57,838 nt of DNA from Candidatus Dormiibacterota bacterium (GCA_036786805.1 DAIQQM010000001.1:1-57838); one strand, 5' to 3'. Shown: positions 43,906-54,613, numbered from the stretch's first letter. The notes: generated by a model from the sequence alone, not told the origin. Made by a program: numbers and translations.

Positions 43906-46587
43906 ATGACGTTCGACGCCTTCCTCCACCAGCTTCCCGATGCAGATGCCGCGGAGACCGCGGAGTGGCTCGAATCCCTCGACACCCTGGTGGCGTCCGA
44001 AGGCACGGTCCGTGCCCGTTTCGTCATCGGCAAGCTGCTCGAGCGTGCCCGGCGGCTCCAGGTGCCGGTGCCGTCGCTGGTCTCGACCCCGTACATCAAC
44101 ACCATTCCGCCCGGCGAGGAACCGTGGTTCCCCGGCGACGAGGAGATGGAGCGTCGCATCCGCCGCATCGTCCGCTGGAACGCCGCCGTCATGGTCACCA
44201 GGGCGAACAAGCGCAGCGACGGCATCGGCGGCCACCTGTCGACGTATGCGTCGGCGGCATCGCTCTACGAGGTGGGGTTCAACCACTTCTTCCGGGGCAA
44301 GGACAACGGCAACTCCGGCGATCAGATCTACTACCAGGGCCACGCCGCTCCGGGGATGTACTCGCACGCGTACCTCGAGGGTCGCATCACCGAGGCGCAG
44401 ATGGACAACTTCCGGCAGGAGACGGGGGGCAACGGGCTCAGCTCGTATCCGCACCCGCGCCTGATGCCCGAGTTCTGGGAGTTCCCGACCGTCTCCATGG
44501 GCCTCGGCCCGCTCAACGCCATCTACCAGGCGCGCTTCAACCGCTACCTCTACAACCGCCACATCGCCGACACGAGCGAGAGCCGGGTGTGGTGCTTCCT
44601 CGGCGACGGCGAGTGCGACGAGCCCGAGACGCTCGGTGCGCTCTCGCTCGCGGCTCGCGAGCAGCTCGACAACCTCACCTTCGTCGTGAACTGCAACCTG
44701 CAGCGTCTCGATGGACCGGTGCGCGGCAACGGGAAGGTCATCCAGGAGCTGGAGGGGATCTTCCGTGGCGCCGGATGGAACGTCATCAAGGTCATCTGGG
44801 CGCGCGAGTGGGACGAGTTGCTCGCCCGCGATGTGCACGGCGTGCTCGTCGACCAGATGAACCGCGTGCCGGACGGCGAGTTTCAGAAATACGCGACCGA
44901 AAGTGGCGCGTACATCCGCGAGCACTTCTTCGGTCCCGATCCGCGCCTGCGCAAGATGGTCGAGCACCTGTCCGACGACCAGCTGCGTCACCTCCGCCGC
45001 GGCGGCCACGACTACCGCAAGGTGTACTCGGCGTACAAGCTCGCGCTCGAGCAGCACGGCGCGCCGACCGTCATCCTTGCCCACACCGTCAAGGGATGGA
45101 CGCTCGGCACCGGCTTCGAGGGGCGCAACTCGACTCACCAGATCAAGAAGATCGGCGAGGCGGAGTTGCGCGCGTTCCGCGATCTGCTGCAACTGCCCAT
45201 CAGCGACAGGCGTCTCGCCGACTCCAAGCCCCCCTACTACCACCCGGGCGCCGACTCCGACGAGGTCGAGTACCTGCTCATGCGCCGGCGATCGCTCGGC
45301 GGCATGCTGCCGCGCAGGGTGGTGCGGTCCAAGCCGCTCGAACTGCCCGGCGATTCGCTGTACGCCGAGTTCATCACCGGCAGCGGCACGCGCGCGGCGT
45401 CGACGACGATGGTCTTCGCCGGCATCCTCCGCAACCTGCTCCGCGACCCCGGCATCGGCAATCGCATCGTGCCGATCATCCCCGACGAGGCGCGCACCTT
45501 CGGCATGGACGCGCTCTTCAGCGAGGTGAAGATCTACGCGCCGTTCGGGCAGCGCTACGAGCCCGTCGACGCCGGGATGGTGCTCTCCTACCGTGAGGCG
45601 GTCGACGGGCAGATCCTCGAGGAAGGCATCACGGAAGCGGGAGCGATGGGGAGCTTCACCGCCGCGGGCACCGCGTACGCGACCCACGGCCAGTCGGTCA
45701 TCCCGTTCTACATCTACTACTCGATGTTCGGCTATCAGCGAGTCGGCGACCTCATCTGGGCATTCGGTGACTCGCGTGGACGCGGGTTCATGCTCGGCGG
45801 GACCGCCGGGCGCACCACGCTGAACGGCGAGGGCCTGCAGCATGAGGACGGACATTCACCGCTGCTCTTCAGCGCGATTCCGAATGTGCGCATCTACGAT
45901 CCCGCATTCGCGTACGAGCTCGCGACCGTCATCCGCGACGGCATGCGTCGGATGTACGTCGACGGCGAGGACATCTTCTACTACATCACGCTGTACAACG
46001 AGAACTACCCGATGCCCGCGATGCCCGAGGGCAGCGAGGAGGGCATCCTCCGCGGCCTCTACCTCTACCGAGCCGCGGACGGTGAGCGCACCCATCGCGC
46101 GCGCATCCTCGCCAGCGGCAGCGCCGTGCAGGCCGCGCTCGAGGCGCAGGCGATGCTGCTCGAGCAGCACGACGTCGCGGCAGAGGTGTGGAGCGCGACC
46201 AGCTTCCAGCTGCTCAGGCAGGACGCGCTGGAGGTCGAGCGCTGGAACCGGCTCCATCCGGACGCCGAACCACGCGTCTCATTTGTCAACGAGCAGTTGG
46301 GCGCCGACGGGGGACCCATCGTCGGGGTCACCGACTACATGAAGGCTGTGCCCGACCAGATCGGGCGCTTCTTCACGGTCCCGTTCATCCCGCTCGGCAC
46401 CGACGGCTACGGCCGCAGCGATACGCGGGTCGCCCTGCGCAGGCATTTCGAGGTCGACGCGCCATCCATCGCGGTCGCGGTGCTCGACGGGCTGGCGCAG
46501 CAGGATCGCCTGCCACGTCACGTCGTCGCTGCGGCCATCGAACACCACGGGCTCGACACCGAGCTCATCGACCCCCGCGACCGCTGA
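43906..46587 (+). CDS. aceE: Pyruvate dehydrogenase E1 component, homodimeric type
   Basis: 893 aa. GGHLSTYASAASLYEVGFNHFFRG and GDGECDEPE TPP motif. Confidence 0.95.
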   Translation: MTFDAFLHQLPDADAAETAEWLESLDTLVASEGTVRARFVIGKLLERARRLQVPVPSLVSTPYINTIPPGEEPWFPGDEEMERRIRRIVRWNAAVMVTRANKRSDGIGGHLSTYASAASLYEVGFNHFFRGKDNGNSGDQIYYQGHAAPGMYSHAYLEGRITEAQMDNFRQETGGNGLSSYPHPRLMPEFWEFPTVSMGLGPLNAIYQARFNRYLYNRHIADTSESRVWCFLGDGECDEPETLGALSLAAREQLDNLTFVVNCNLQRLDGPVRGNGKVIQELEGIFRGAGWNVIKVIWAREWDELLARDVHGVLVDQMNRVPDGEFQKYATESGAYIREHFFGPDPRLRKMVEHLSDDQLRHLRRGGHDYRKVYSAYKLALEQHGAPTVILAHTVKGWTLGTGFEGRNSTHQIKKIGEAELRAFRDLLQLPISDRRLADSKPPYYHPGADSDEVEYLLMRRRSLGGMLPRRVVRSKPLELPGDSLYAEFITGSGTRAASTTMVFAGILRNLLRDPGIGNRIVPIIPDEARTFGMDALFSEVKIYAPFGQRYEPVDAGMVLSYREAVDGQILEEGITEAGAMGSFTAAGTAYATHGQSVIPFYIYYSMFGYQRVGDLIWAFGDSRGRGFMLGGTAGRTTLNGEGLQHEDGHSPLLFSAIPNVRIYDPAFAYELATVIRDGMRRMYVDGEDIFYYITLYNENYPMPAMPEGSEEGILRGLYLYRAADGERTHRARILASGSAVQAALEAQAMLLEQHDVAAEVWSATSFQLLRQDALEVERWNRLHPDAEPRVSFVNEQLGADGGPIVGVTDYMKAVPDQIGRFFTVPFIPLGTDGYGRSDTRVALRRHFEVDAPSIAVAVLDGLAQQDRLPRHVVAAAIEHHGLDTELIDPRDR

Positions 46588-46594
46588 CGCGGCG

Positions 46595-47161
46595 TCAGCG
46601 CGCGTCGAAGGGCAGCGACGCGAATTCCGTGTACACCGCGCCTCCCCGTGCGGGCCTCGATTCGTACAGCACCAGGCGCGCCGCCCTGAAGCACATCTCC
46701 GTCTGATCCTCGGCCGCCGCCGCGGACCAGGCCGCGCGTGCGGCGTCGGTCCAGGGCACATGCGTACGGCCGAGCGTGCAATGCGCGTGGTACGGCCGGT
46801 CGTCGACCGTGAAGCCCGCCGCGCCGAGCACAGCTCGACATTCGAGTGCGAGGGCGGTGAGCGGCGCCACATCGCGTCGCGACCCGAGCCACAGCACGCG
46901 CGGGACCCCGCGCGGCGGGAACGCGCCGAGCCGGTTCAGGCACACATCGAAGGGCGCGGTTCGGGTCGCAATCGGAGTGACGAGATCGAGGGCGACCGCC
47001 ACCCGCTGCTCGTCGATCTGACCGAAGAAATGCACGGTCAGATGGAGCGTCTCCGGACGCGCCCAGCGAACCTCATCGACCTGCTCGCGGAGCTCACGTC
47101 CTCGGTGCTGCGCCGCGCCGAGCGCCGGCTCAGCGAGCGGAACCGCGAGGAAGCACCTCAC
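46595..47161 (-). CDS. thpR: 2H phosphoesterase (RNA 2',3'-cyclic phosphodiesterase / LigT family)
   Basis: Two HxT motifs (HLTV, HCTL). GTG 47161 in a GTGA overlap with the upstream gene's stop. The rest of the track ORF is a read-through. Confidence 0.8.
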   Translation of the reverse strand: MRCFLAVPLAEPALGAAQHRGRELREQVDEVRWARPETLHLTVHFFGQIDEQRVAVALDLVTPIATRTAPFDVCLNRLGAFPPRGVPRVLWLGSRRDVAPLTALALECRAVLGAAGFTVDDRPYHAHCTLGRTHVPWTDAARAAWSAAAAEDQTEMCFRAARLVLYESRPARGGAVYTEFASLPFDAR

Positions 47162-48126
47162 CCGGCCGGTGTCGCTGTGGCGGTCGCCGCCGGGCTCGCG
47201 CTCGCAGGGGTGGGACTGGCGCCCGGCGACGTCGCGTCGCAGGGGTTGCCGCCCGCGTTGGTGAGCCACACCTGGATCTGGTTCGAGGCGCAGAGCGCGT
47301 CGACCTGCGTGAACAGCGCCTCTGTGAACCAGTCGGGCCGGTCCATGACGTTGTACGGGTTGCCGGCGTAGATCAGGATGTGGCGGACGCCCCATCCGGC
47401 CGCGGTCTTGGAGTACAGCATCACGATGTCGTAGCCGCCCGCGTCGTGGACCGGCGTCTTCGTGTAGGACCCGACCTGGAGCGACTCCACCGCCGCGGCG
47501 AACGCGGGATCGTACGACTTGAGCTGGGCCGCGGTGAGGATGCCGAGGTCGCCGCCCTTCGCGGCCGTGCCGGTGGTCCCCGCGTCGTCCGAGTATGTCT
47601 TCGCAGTGGCGATGAAGCTCGCACCTTTGACGAGCAGCTGCTCGATCGTCGCGGCGCGTTGCTGCGCGAAGAGGTCCTCCACGCGCTGCTCGTTGATGTT
47701 CGAGCTGATCTCATCCTCGAGCTGGGCTATCGACCCGCCCGCGCCCGCAAGCTCGGTCTCCAGCGCGCCTGTGCCGCCCGCCTGGTGCGCATCCGTGGCG
47801 ACCTCACCCGCAACCTCCTTCGCGGTCGCTTCGACTCCGAGCCTGGTCGCCTCCTCGCGAATGACCGTGTCGAGGATCAGGCTGCGGAGGATGGCGGCGC
47901 GCAGCTGGGTGACCGCCGCGGGGCCGCCGCCGGCGCCACCACCCTGGGCGATGCTCGTGGATGCGCTCAGATAGCGGACGTTGAACTGCGCGAGCGTGAT
48001 TGTGTCCGGGCCGACACGTGCGATCACCGGCGACGCTTTGATCGGAGCGGGTTGATTCGACGAGCACGCCGCCACGAGGACCGCGCAGGCCGCCATGACC
48101 GCCACCCCGCCCCTTCGACGCAACAT
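47158..48126 (-). CDS. Lipoprotein with SurA-N-like and parvulin-type PPIase domains
   Basis: MLRRRGGVAVMAACAVLVAAC lipobox. ...GGDLGILTAAQL...FAAAV..L.VGSYT.PV...GYDIV is parvulin-like. The upstream 400 aa of track ORF 47158-49332 are an Arg-rich read-through over the MFS gene. Confidence 0.75.
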   Translation of the reverse strand: MLRRRGGVAVMAACAVLVAACSSNQPAPIKASPVIARVGPDTITLAQFNVRYLSASTSIAQGGGAGGGPAAVTQLRAAILRSLILDTVIREEATRLGVEATAKEVAGEVATDAHQAGGTGALETELAGAGGSIAQLEDEISSNINEQRVEDLFAQQRAATIEQLLVKGASFIATAKTYSDDAGTTGTAAKGGDLGILTAAQLKSYDPAFAAAVESLQVGSYTKTPVHDAGGYDIVMLYSKTAAGWGVRHILIYAGNPYNVMDRPDWFTEALFTQVDALCASNQIQVWLTNAGGNPCDATSPGASPTPASASPAATATATPAG

Positions 48127-48128
48127 CC

Positions 48129-49427
48129 TCAGGCCAGTGTATCGGGGGCGGCTGCGGGCCCGGCTCGGCCCGCGGCGAGCCCGCTGACCCGCGCCCTGAA
48201 CGACGGGGTCGCGACGACCAGCACGGTGGTCACACCGACGAGCAGCGCGCCGACGCCGATGGCGTTGAACAGCCCGATCGACCGGGGCATGAGGCCGTAC
48301 GCGACCGTGCCCATCGGCTGCAGGCCGGCGAAGATCGTCGCGTAGATGCCGAGCAGCCTTCCCCGCAGCGCCGGATCGGTGTCCGTCTGCAGGAGCGTTG
48401 TCATCGACGTGCTGATCGCGACGAACGCGAAGCTGATGCCGACCAGTGCCGGCAGGGTGACCCCGAGCACGAGGCCGTGGGCGACCACGAAGAGGCTGAC
48501 GGCATACACCACGCCGCCGACCAGCATGAGCTGCAGACGCCCCGCACCCCGTCCCATCGATGCGATCGCGAGCCCGCCGACGAGGCCGCCGACACCGCCG
48601 ACGCTGTACATGATGCCGAGCGCCTCGGGTCCGACATGCAGCTGTGTTTTGGCCAGGACCGGCAGGAAGGGCATGTACGACACGCCGCAGAACGCGAGCA
48701 CCGAGGCGACGATGACGACGCCGCGGACCAGTGGGTCGGCGACCGCGACTCGGAGGCCGTCGACGAGCTCGCCCCAGGCGGTTGCGCCTGCCTGCCGCGG
48801 GAGCGGCGCCACGTCGGGGATAACCGTCAGGAGCACGACGATCGGAGCGAGGTACGCGACGGCGAGGAAGCCGAAGCACACCGCAGGGCCCGCCAGCCCG
48901 ATGAGCAACCCGGCGACGGACGGACCGATGATCCGAGTGGCGCTCATGGCCGCCGCACCGAGCGCGACGGCGTTGACCACGAGGTGGCGCTCCACGAGAT
49001 CCGCGACCAGCGCCTGGCGCGTGGGCAGGTCGGCGGCGTCGGTGGCGCCGAAGACGATCGCAACAACGATGATGGCCGCGAAGGTCGCGTGGTTGGTGGC
49101 CACGAGCAGTGCGAGCGACCCGGCGCTGAGACCGAGCAGCGATTGGGTGACCAGCAGGATCCGGCGACGGGGAAGACGGTCGGCGAGGACCCCGCCCGCC
49201 AGCGAGAGGATCACCGAGGGGATGCCGTCTGCGGCGGCGACCGCGGCGACGGCCGTGGTGCTTCCCGTCTGCTTGTACACGAGATACCCGAGCGCGACGA
49301 CCTGCATCCAGGTGCCGAGGAGCGTCGGCCACTGCGCTGCCCAGTACCAGCGGAAAGGCCGGACGCGCAGTGCCGGGGGCGGCCAGCGGCGCTCGCGTCG
49401 CCGAACCGGCTCAGGCGTTGGGATCAC
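48129..49427 (-). CDS. MFS transporter (EntS/MFS_3-like)
   Basis: About 12 TM helices. FRWYWAAQWPTLLGTWMQVVALGYLVY and ADRLPRRRILL loop motif. Start approximate (GTG 49427). Confidence 0.85.
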   Translation of the reverse strand: MIPTPEPVRRRERRWPPPALRVRPFRWYWAAQWPTLLGTWMQVVALGYLVYKQTGSTTAVAAVAAADGIPSVILSLAGGVLADRLPRRRILLVTQSLLGLSAGSLALLVATNHATFAAIIVVAIVFGATDAADLPTRQALVADLVERHLVVNAVALGAAAMSATRIIGPSVAGLLIGLAGPAVCFGFLAVAYLAPIVVLLTVIPDVAPLPRQAGATAWGELVDGLRVAVADPLVRGVVIVASVLAFCGVSYMPFLPVLAKTQLHVGPEALGIMYSVGGVGGLVGGLAIASMGRGAGRLQLMLVGGVVYAVSLFVVAHGLVLGVTLPALVGISFAFVAISTSMTTLLQTDTDPALRGRLLGIYATIFAGLQPMGTVAYGLMPRSIGLFNAIGVGALLVGVTTVLVVATPSFRARVSGLAAGRAGPAAAPDTLA

Positions 49428-50211
49428 CCTCCAACGATATGTGCACGCTCGTCGATGTCCGCACGAATCCGGCATTCCGATAGGCGCCGTCGGCGCCGGG
49501 CGCAGCCTCGAGGAACACGGTTGCGAGGCCGGAGTCCAGACCCTCGCGCGCGAGGGCGGACACCATGGCGGCGGCGAGCCCGCGGCGGCGGTGGGCAGCC
49601 GCCACGACGACACCCACGATCTCGGTGGCACCACCCGCCGGCACGCCGGACTGAGCGGCTCCCACGATCGTGTCGGTCTCGGTCTCCCGGCCGATCAGCG
49701 CGCGGCCCCCGGTGCTCAGCGATCCGCGCAGCCGGGTCACGGTCCGGTCGTCGGCCGGCTCGGGGTCGCCGAAGATGTCGTGCTGCAGCCGGGCCATCTC
49801 GAGCAGCGACAGGTCGTCGGACGGCGATTCGATGACGATGCCATCGGGTGTCTGGACGTCGCGCACCGTCCTCGGCGTGCAGGTCATGAGCGGCAGGCGG
49901 TCCTCGACCGTCCAACCGCGAGCCGTCAGACGCGATTCGAGCGCCGGCGCCACAGATGGCAGAAACTCGACGCGCGGCGTTCGGTCCGCCGCCCGGAAGG
50001 CGGCGACCAGGGAGTCGAGCACCGAGTCGTCCGGATCGGCGCCGTCGTCGGGGATCGCGTAGTTGAGAAAGCGGAGCCTGGTCTGCTCGGTGAACAGGAG
50101 CGCAAACGGCCCGACGCGGGGAAGCACCGGCGCGTTGCGCGTCGAGCGGATGAAGGCCATGACCGCGGGATCCGCCTCGGTGTCGACAGCACCCTCCGAG
50201 TCCCGTGTCAC
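49411..50211 (-). CDS. GNAT-family N-acetyltransferase
   Basis: Motif A IVGVVVAAAHRRRGLAAAMVSAL. Confidence 0.75.
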   Translation of the reverse strand: MTRDSEGAVDTEADPAVMAFIRSTRNAPVLPRVGPFALLFTEQTRLRFLNYAIPDDGADPDDSVLDSLVAAFRAADRTPRVEFLPSVAPALESRLTARGWTVEDRLPLMTCTPRTVRDVQTPDGIVIESPSDDLSLLEMARLQHDIFGDPEPADDRTVTRLRGSLSTGGRALIGRETETDTIVGAAQSGVPAGGATEIVGVVVAAAHRRRGLAAAMVSALAREGLDSGLATVFLEAAPGADGAYRNAGFVRTSTSVHISLEGDPNA

Positions 50212-50221
50212 GAAGGGGCGC

Positions 50222-51094
50222 CTAGGCGGCCGCGACGGCCGCGACGTCAGCCCGAGGCAAAGGCTGGCCGTCGAGGAAGGCGGCGATCATCGCTCGCTGG
50301 CGGCGCGACAGCTCGGGGCTCCATGCGTGCCCGGCGCGCCGGATGACGTCGAGGACGATTTGCGGGGCACCCGCGATCGCCGACTCGAGGCGGCGCACAT
50401 TGACGATGCGGTCGTGCTCGGCCACGAGGATCAGCGTCGGCCGCCCCGAGCCGCGAATCTGCGCAAGGTCGTCGCGCTGCAACGCGTCCTGCACCCACTC
50501 ACGAGCAGCTCGCGGGTCCGCGAGCACCTGATTGTCGAAGTTCACCTTGGCGGCGACGGGGTCGACGTTCTTGCCTTCGACCATCAGACGCTTGTAGATG
50601 TCGCTCACGGTGCGCTGGTGCGCCAGCCAGACGATTCCCGGATACACGATCGGGGCGATCATGAAGCCGACCTGGACCTGAAACGAGCGACGCACGAGCC
50701 GCGGCGCCACCACCGGCGTGTGCAGGATCACCCGCTCGGTGGCCTGCGGGCGAGCGCGCTGGACCGCGAGCGCGACCGGGGTGCCGAGGCACAATCCCGC
50801 GACATCGAACCGCTCGGCTCCCATGTCGTTCGCCGCGGCAAGCGCCGCACGGGCCAGCGCGGGAGCGGTGTGGCCGCCGTCCATCGGCGCCGACCGTCCA
50901 AATCCCGGCAGATCGGGGGCGATGATCGTGCGTCGCTCGAGGAGCACCTCGAACCAGTCGGCAAAGTTCTCCGCCGACCCGACGAAGCCATGGCACAGCA
51001 GGAGTGCGGGCCCGGTCCCTCCGGTCAGGTAGCGCAGGCGCTTGCCCTCGTGCGTCGTGAAACGTTCTTCGAGCACGTTCACGGCAGGGCTCAC
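50222..51094 (-). CDS. Alpha/beta-fold hydrolase with Cys at the nucleophile elbow
   Basis: LLCHGFVGS, PDLPGFGRS and the elbow AGLCLGTPVAL (G-x-C-x-G). GTG 51094 in a GTGA overlap with the aldehyde dehydrogenase stop. Confidence 0.8.
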   Translation of the reverse strand: MSPAVNVLEERFTTHEGKRLRYLTGGTGPALLLCHGFVGSAENFADWFEVLLERRTIIAPDLPGFGRSAPMDGGHTAPALARAALAAANDMGAERFDVAGLCLGTPVALAVQRARPQATERVILHTPVVAPRLVRRSFQVQVGFMIAPIVYPGIVWLAHQRTVSDIYKRLMVEGKNVDPVAAKVNFDNQVLADPRAAREWVQDALQRDDLAQIRGSGRPTLILVAEHDRIVNVRRLESAIAGAPQIVLDVIRRAGHAWSPELSRRQRAMIAAFLDGQPLPRADVAAVAAA

Positions 51095-52593
51095 TCGGTG
51101 TCGATCTGTGCGCGCTGCAGGCGTCCGCTGTAGTCGATGTACACGGACTTCCATTCGCTGAACTCGTCGAGCACGTGACCACCCGCTTCGCGGTGGCCGT
51201 TGCCGGTGTTTCGAGTCCCGCCGAACGGGAGCTGGATCTCAGCCCCGATGGTCGGAGCGTTGATGTAGACGATCCCCGAGTGCAGTTCGTTGATGGCGTG
51301 AAACGCGGTGCGCAGGTCGTTGGTGTACACGCTGAGGCTGAGGCCGTACTGCGTGGAGTTGGCGGCGGCGATCGCATCCTCCGTCGAACCGACCGGGATG
51401 ATCACGGTGGTCGGACCGAAGATCTCCTCCTGCGCGATCCGCATCGCCGGCTTCACGTCGCCGAACACCGTCGGGCGGTAGAACCAACCCTTCGCGAGCG
51501 CTCCCTCGGTTGCGATCTCACCGCCGAGGAGCAGTGAAGCGCCCTCGCGCTTGCCGATCTCGGTGTACGCGTGGATGCGCTTGAGCTGCGTCTCGTTGAT
51601 CACGGGCCCGACATCAACCTTCTCGTCGAGGCCGTCGCCGAGACGGAGATGCGACGCGCGTTCCACGAGGCGCGATGTGAAGCGATCGAGCGCCCCGTGC
51701 TCGACGATCAACCGCGACGACGCAGTGCATCGCTGTCCGGCCGTGCCGAACGCGCCCCAGAGGGCACCGTCGACCGCGAGCTCGACATCGGCGTCGTCGA
51801 GCACGACGATCGCGTTCTTGCCACCGAGCTCGAGCGAGCACTTCTTGAGCATGCGGCCGCAGGTCTCGGACACGATCCGGCCGGTGTCGACGCTGCCCGT
51901 GAAGTAGATCGCGGCGACGTCGGGGTGCGCGACCAGCGCCGCACCGGCGTCCTCGCCGAAGCCGAAGACGACGTTGACGATCCCCGCGGGCAGGCCCGCA
52001 TCCTCGAGCGCCTCGACGAAGCGGAGCGCGCAGAGCGGCGTGTCCTCGGCCGGCTTGAGCACGACGCTGTTGCCCGCCATGATCGCCGGGAAGATCTTCC
52101 AGGAGGGGATGGCGATCGGAAAGTTCCAGGGTGTGATGCAACCGACGACGCCGAAGGGCTGGCGCATGGTCATCGCCCACTTGTCGCGCAACTCGCTGGG
52201 CACCGTCTCGCCGAAGGCCCGGCGGCCCTCGCCTGCGATGAACTTGCCCATGTCGATCGCTTCCTGGACGTCACCGCGAGCCTCGGTGAGCACCTTGCCC
52301 ATCTCGCGGGTCATCAGCCGGGCGAGTGATTCCTTGCGCTCCTCGAGCAGTTCCGAAGCGCGCAGGATGATCGCGGCGCGAGACGGCCACGGCGTGCGCC
52401 GCCAGCCGTCGAAGGCCATCTTGGCGGCTGCGACCGCCGCGTCGACGTCGGTGGCGTCGCTGCGGGGAAACACGCCGACGACGTCATCGCTCGTCGCGGG
52501 ATTGCGCGACTCGAAGGTTCGACCGGCTGTCGCCGGCCGGAATGCGCCGCCGATGAGATTGCCGACTTCGAGTGCCGTTTCCACCACCGCCAT
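51091..52593 (-). CDS. NAD(P)-dependent aldehyde dehydrogenase
   Basis: [17 protein letters not shown] (catalytic Glu), [12 protein letters not shown] (catalytic Cys). Confidence 0.93.
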   Translation of the reverse strand: MAVVETALEVGNLIGGAFRPATAGRTFESRNPATSDDVVGVFPRSDATDVDAAVAAAKMAFDGWRRTPWPSRAAIILRASELLEERKESLARLMTREMGKVLTEARGDVQEAIDMGKFIAGEGRRAFGETVPSELRDKWAMTMRQPFGVVGCITPWNFPIAIPSWKIFPAIMAGNSVVLKPAEDTPLCALRFVEALEDAGLPAGIVNVVFGFGEDAGAALVAHPDVAAIYFTGSVDTGRIVSETCGRMLKKCSLELGGKNAIVVLDDADVELAVDGALWGAFGTAGQRCTASSRLIVEHGALDRFTSRLVERASHLRLGDGLDEKVDVGPVINETQLKRIHAYTEIGKREGASLLLGGEIATEGALAKGWFYRPTVFGDVKPAMRIAQEEIFGPTTVIIPVGSTEDAIAAANSTQYGLSLSVYTNDLRTAFHAINELHSGIVYINAPTIGAEIQLPFGGTRNTGNGHREAGGHVLDEFSEWKSVYIDYSGRLQRAQIDTE

Positions 52594-53885
52594 CAGGCGG
52601 TTTCCTCACGCAGAGCCGCTTCGAGAATGTCGAGGCCGGCGTCCAGCTCCGATTCCGGGATCGTGAGCGGCGGGATCAAGCGGATCACATTCGCATCGAT
52701 GCCACAGGAGAGCAGCAGGAGTCCCCGGGCGAGCGCATTGGCGGTGATGCGGTCCACCAGCTTGTTCCCCGGCGAGCCCGCCTGCATGAACTCGAGGCCG
52801 ATCATCATCCCAAGTCCGCGCACGTCGGCGAGCTCCTGGACGTCCACCTGCCAGTCGCGCACGCGCTTCATGACATGCCGCCCGAGCCGCTCCGCCCGCT
52901 CCGGAATCCGCTCGCGAGTCATCGTCTCGATGACCGCCACGACGGCCGCGCAGGCGACGGCGTTGCCACCGTACGTGGTCCCGTGCTCGCCTTCGAGGAG
53001 CGCGCTCATCACGCGATGCCCGGCGACGATGGCGGCGATCGGCATCCCGTTCCCGAGAGCCTTGGCGAGGCACATGATGTCGGGGTCGACACGCGAGTGC
53101 TCGACCGCGAACATCTTTCCGGTGCGGCCGAAGCCGCTCTGCACCTCGTCGGCGACAAGCATGATCCCGTGCTCGTCGCACACCTTCCGAAGCAGCGGCA
53201 GGAACGGTGCCGGCGGCACGACGTACCCACCCTCGCCCTGCACCGGTTCGACGACGATCGCCGCCACAGTGTCCGGCGCGGTGGTGGTCGAGAAGAGCAG
53301 CTTCAGCTCGCGCTCGACCAGCTCGCACACGTCGTCGTCGCTGTGCGTGCAGTACTTGAAGCAGTACGGGTACCGGATGTGGTGGATGCCGGGGAGCAGC
53401 GACCCCATGCCCCGTCGATATGACGCCTTGCTCGCCGTGAGCGAGAGCGCTCCGTACGTGCGCCCGTGGAACCCGCCGATGAACGCGATGATGTCGTTCC
53501 GGCCGGTTGCTCGACGGGCCAGCTTCATCGCGCCCTCAACCGCCTCCGCGCCCGAGTTGGTGAAGAAGACCTGGTCGAGCGACGGCGGGGTGACCGAGAC
53601 GAGCGCCGAGCCGGCCTCGATCATCTTCGGATGGTACGCGGTCACCGACGTATGCCAGAGGCGGTCCACCTGTTCGTGCACCGCGGCGACCACGGCCGGG
53701 TGGCCGTGGCCGAGGTTGGTCACCCCGATGCCGCACCCGAAGTCCAGGACGTCACGGCCGTCCACCGTGTGCAGATGAGCGCCCTCGGCCCTTTCGACGA
53801 CCAGGTCGGAGTAACGGTGATACGCGGGGGAGATCAGCTCGGCGTCGCGCTCACGCCACGTCGCCGCATCTGCTGCGGCAAGCAT
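52593..53885 (-). CDS. Class III (omega-amine/4-aminobutyrate-type) PLP aminotransferase
   Basis: [10 protein letters not shown] and [15 protein letters not shown] (PLP lysine). ATG 53885 chosen, because the upstream part of the track ORF overlaps the membrane gene. Confidence 0.92.
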   Translation of the reverse strand: MLAAADAATWRERDAELISPAYHRYSDLVVERAEGAHLHTVDGRDVLDFGCGIGVTNLGHGHPAVVAAVHEQVDRLWHTSVTAYHPKMIEAGSALVSVTPPSLDQVFFTNSGAEAVEGAMKLARRATGRNDIIAFIGGFHGRTYGALSLTASKASYRRGMGSLLPGIHHIRYPYCFKYCTHSDDDVCELVERELKLLFSTTTAPDTVAAIVVEPVQGEGGYVVPPAPFLPLLRKVCDEHGIMLVADEVQSGFGRTGKMFAVEHSRVDPDIMCLAKALGNGMPIAAIVAGHRVMSALLEGEHGTTYGGNAVACAAVVAVIETMTRERIPERAERLGRHVMKRVRDWQVDVQELADVRGLGMMIGLEFMQAGSPGNKLVDRITANALARGLLLLSCGIDANVIRLIPPLTIPESELDAGLDILEAALREETA

Positions 53886-53890
53886 CCCGC

Positions 53891-54613
53891 TCACGACCCG
53901 GAGGTCGCGGTGGCGGGGCCCGACGACGAGGCGGCACTGCGGACGCCGACCTTCCCGAGGGCGAGGAAGCCCCCGAACATGATCGCGATCCCAGCGGCCT
54001 CGTAGGCACCGAGCACGTCGAGGTTGGCGATGCCGACCGTCTTCGCGGCCGAGAAGCCGACCGCGATGATCAGCGCGCCGGCGGTGAGGAGCACGTTGCA
54101 GATGACGCGGTCGATGCCGGCGCGGTCTCGGATGAAGCGATACGCGGACCACGCGGACCCACCCACCAGCACGAGCGTCCCGATGATGTTGAGGAACACG
54201 ACGCCGATGAACAGCAGCGACCCCTGCTCGATCGCGCCGCCGAGGACGCCCTTGGCGGTGGCGAGCTTGGCGGCGTCCACCGGGATCACCGCCGCATCGA
54301 CCGCGAGCACGATGGTGATCGCCCCGAGCACGATGGCACACGCCCATGCGACCCGCCGCGGCGCAAGCAGGAAGACGGTGCCGAGGGCGAGGTAGATCAC
54401 CCCCAGCACGCCACCGAGAAGGTAGAAGCCCCGGAACACCGCCGGAGACCAGCCGCCGGTCTCTCCGGCCGCCTGGAATGCCGCCGCGCCCGTGAAGATG
54501 AGGAGTCCGAGGGTCCAGACCGCGAACGCCGGGCGTCTGCTCCGGAGAAACCTGAGGAAGACGACCACAGCAAACGCTGCACTCAGTCCACTCGCAAGAG
54601 CAGCGAAGACCAT
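53891..54613 (-). CDS. Polytopic membrane protein of unknown function (240 aa, about 7-8 TM)
   Basis: Uniformly hydrophobic ORF that ends 5 nt before the aminotransferase start. No transporter signature recognised. Confidence 0.6.
   Translation of the reverse strand: MVFAALASGLSAAFAVVVFLRFLRSRRPAFAVWTLGLLIFTGAAAFQAAGETGGWSPAVFRGFYLLGGVLGVIYLALGTVFLLAPRRVAWACAIVLGAITIVLAVDAAVIPVDAAKLATAKGVLGGAIEQGSLLFIGVVFLNIIGTLVLVGGSAWSAYRFIRDRAGIDRVICNVLLTAGALIIAVGFSAAKTVGIANLDVLGAYEAAGIAIMFGGFLALGKVGVRSAASSSGPATATSGS

Noticed and set aside
43521-45855. + strand ORF 43521-45596 (691 aa) and - strand ORF 43681-45855 (724 aa).
   Set aside because: Both are out of frame or antisense to aceE and the helicase. 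The proteins are Arg/Pro/Gly-rich low-complexity sequences.
48127-49332. Upstream 400 aa of track ORF 47158-49332 (Arg/Gly/Pro-rich).
   Set aside because: It overlaps the MFS transporter gene in another frame. The real PPIase lipoprotein starts at ATG 48126 with a signal peptide and lipobox.
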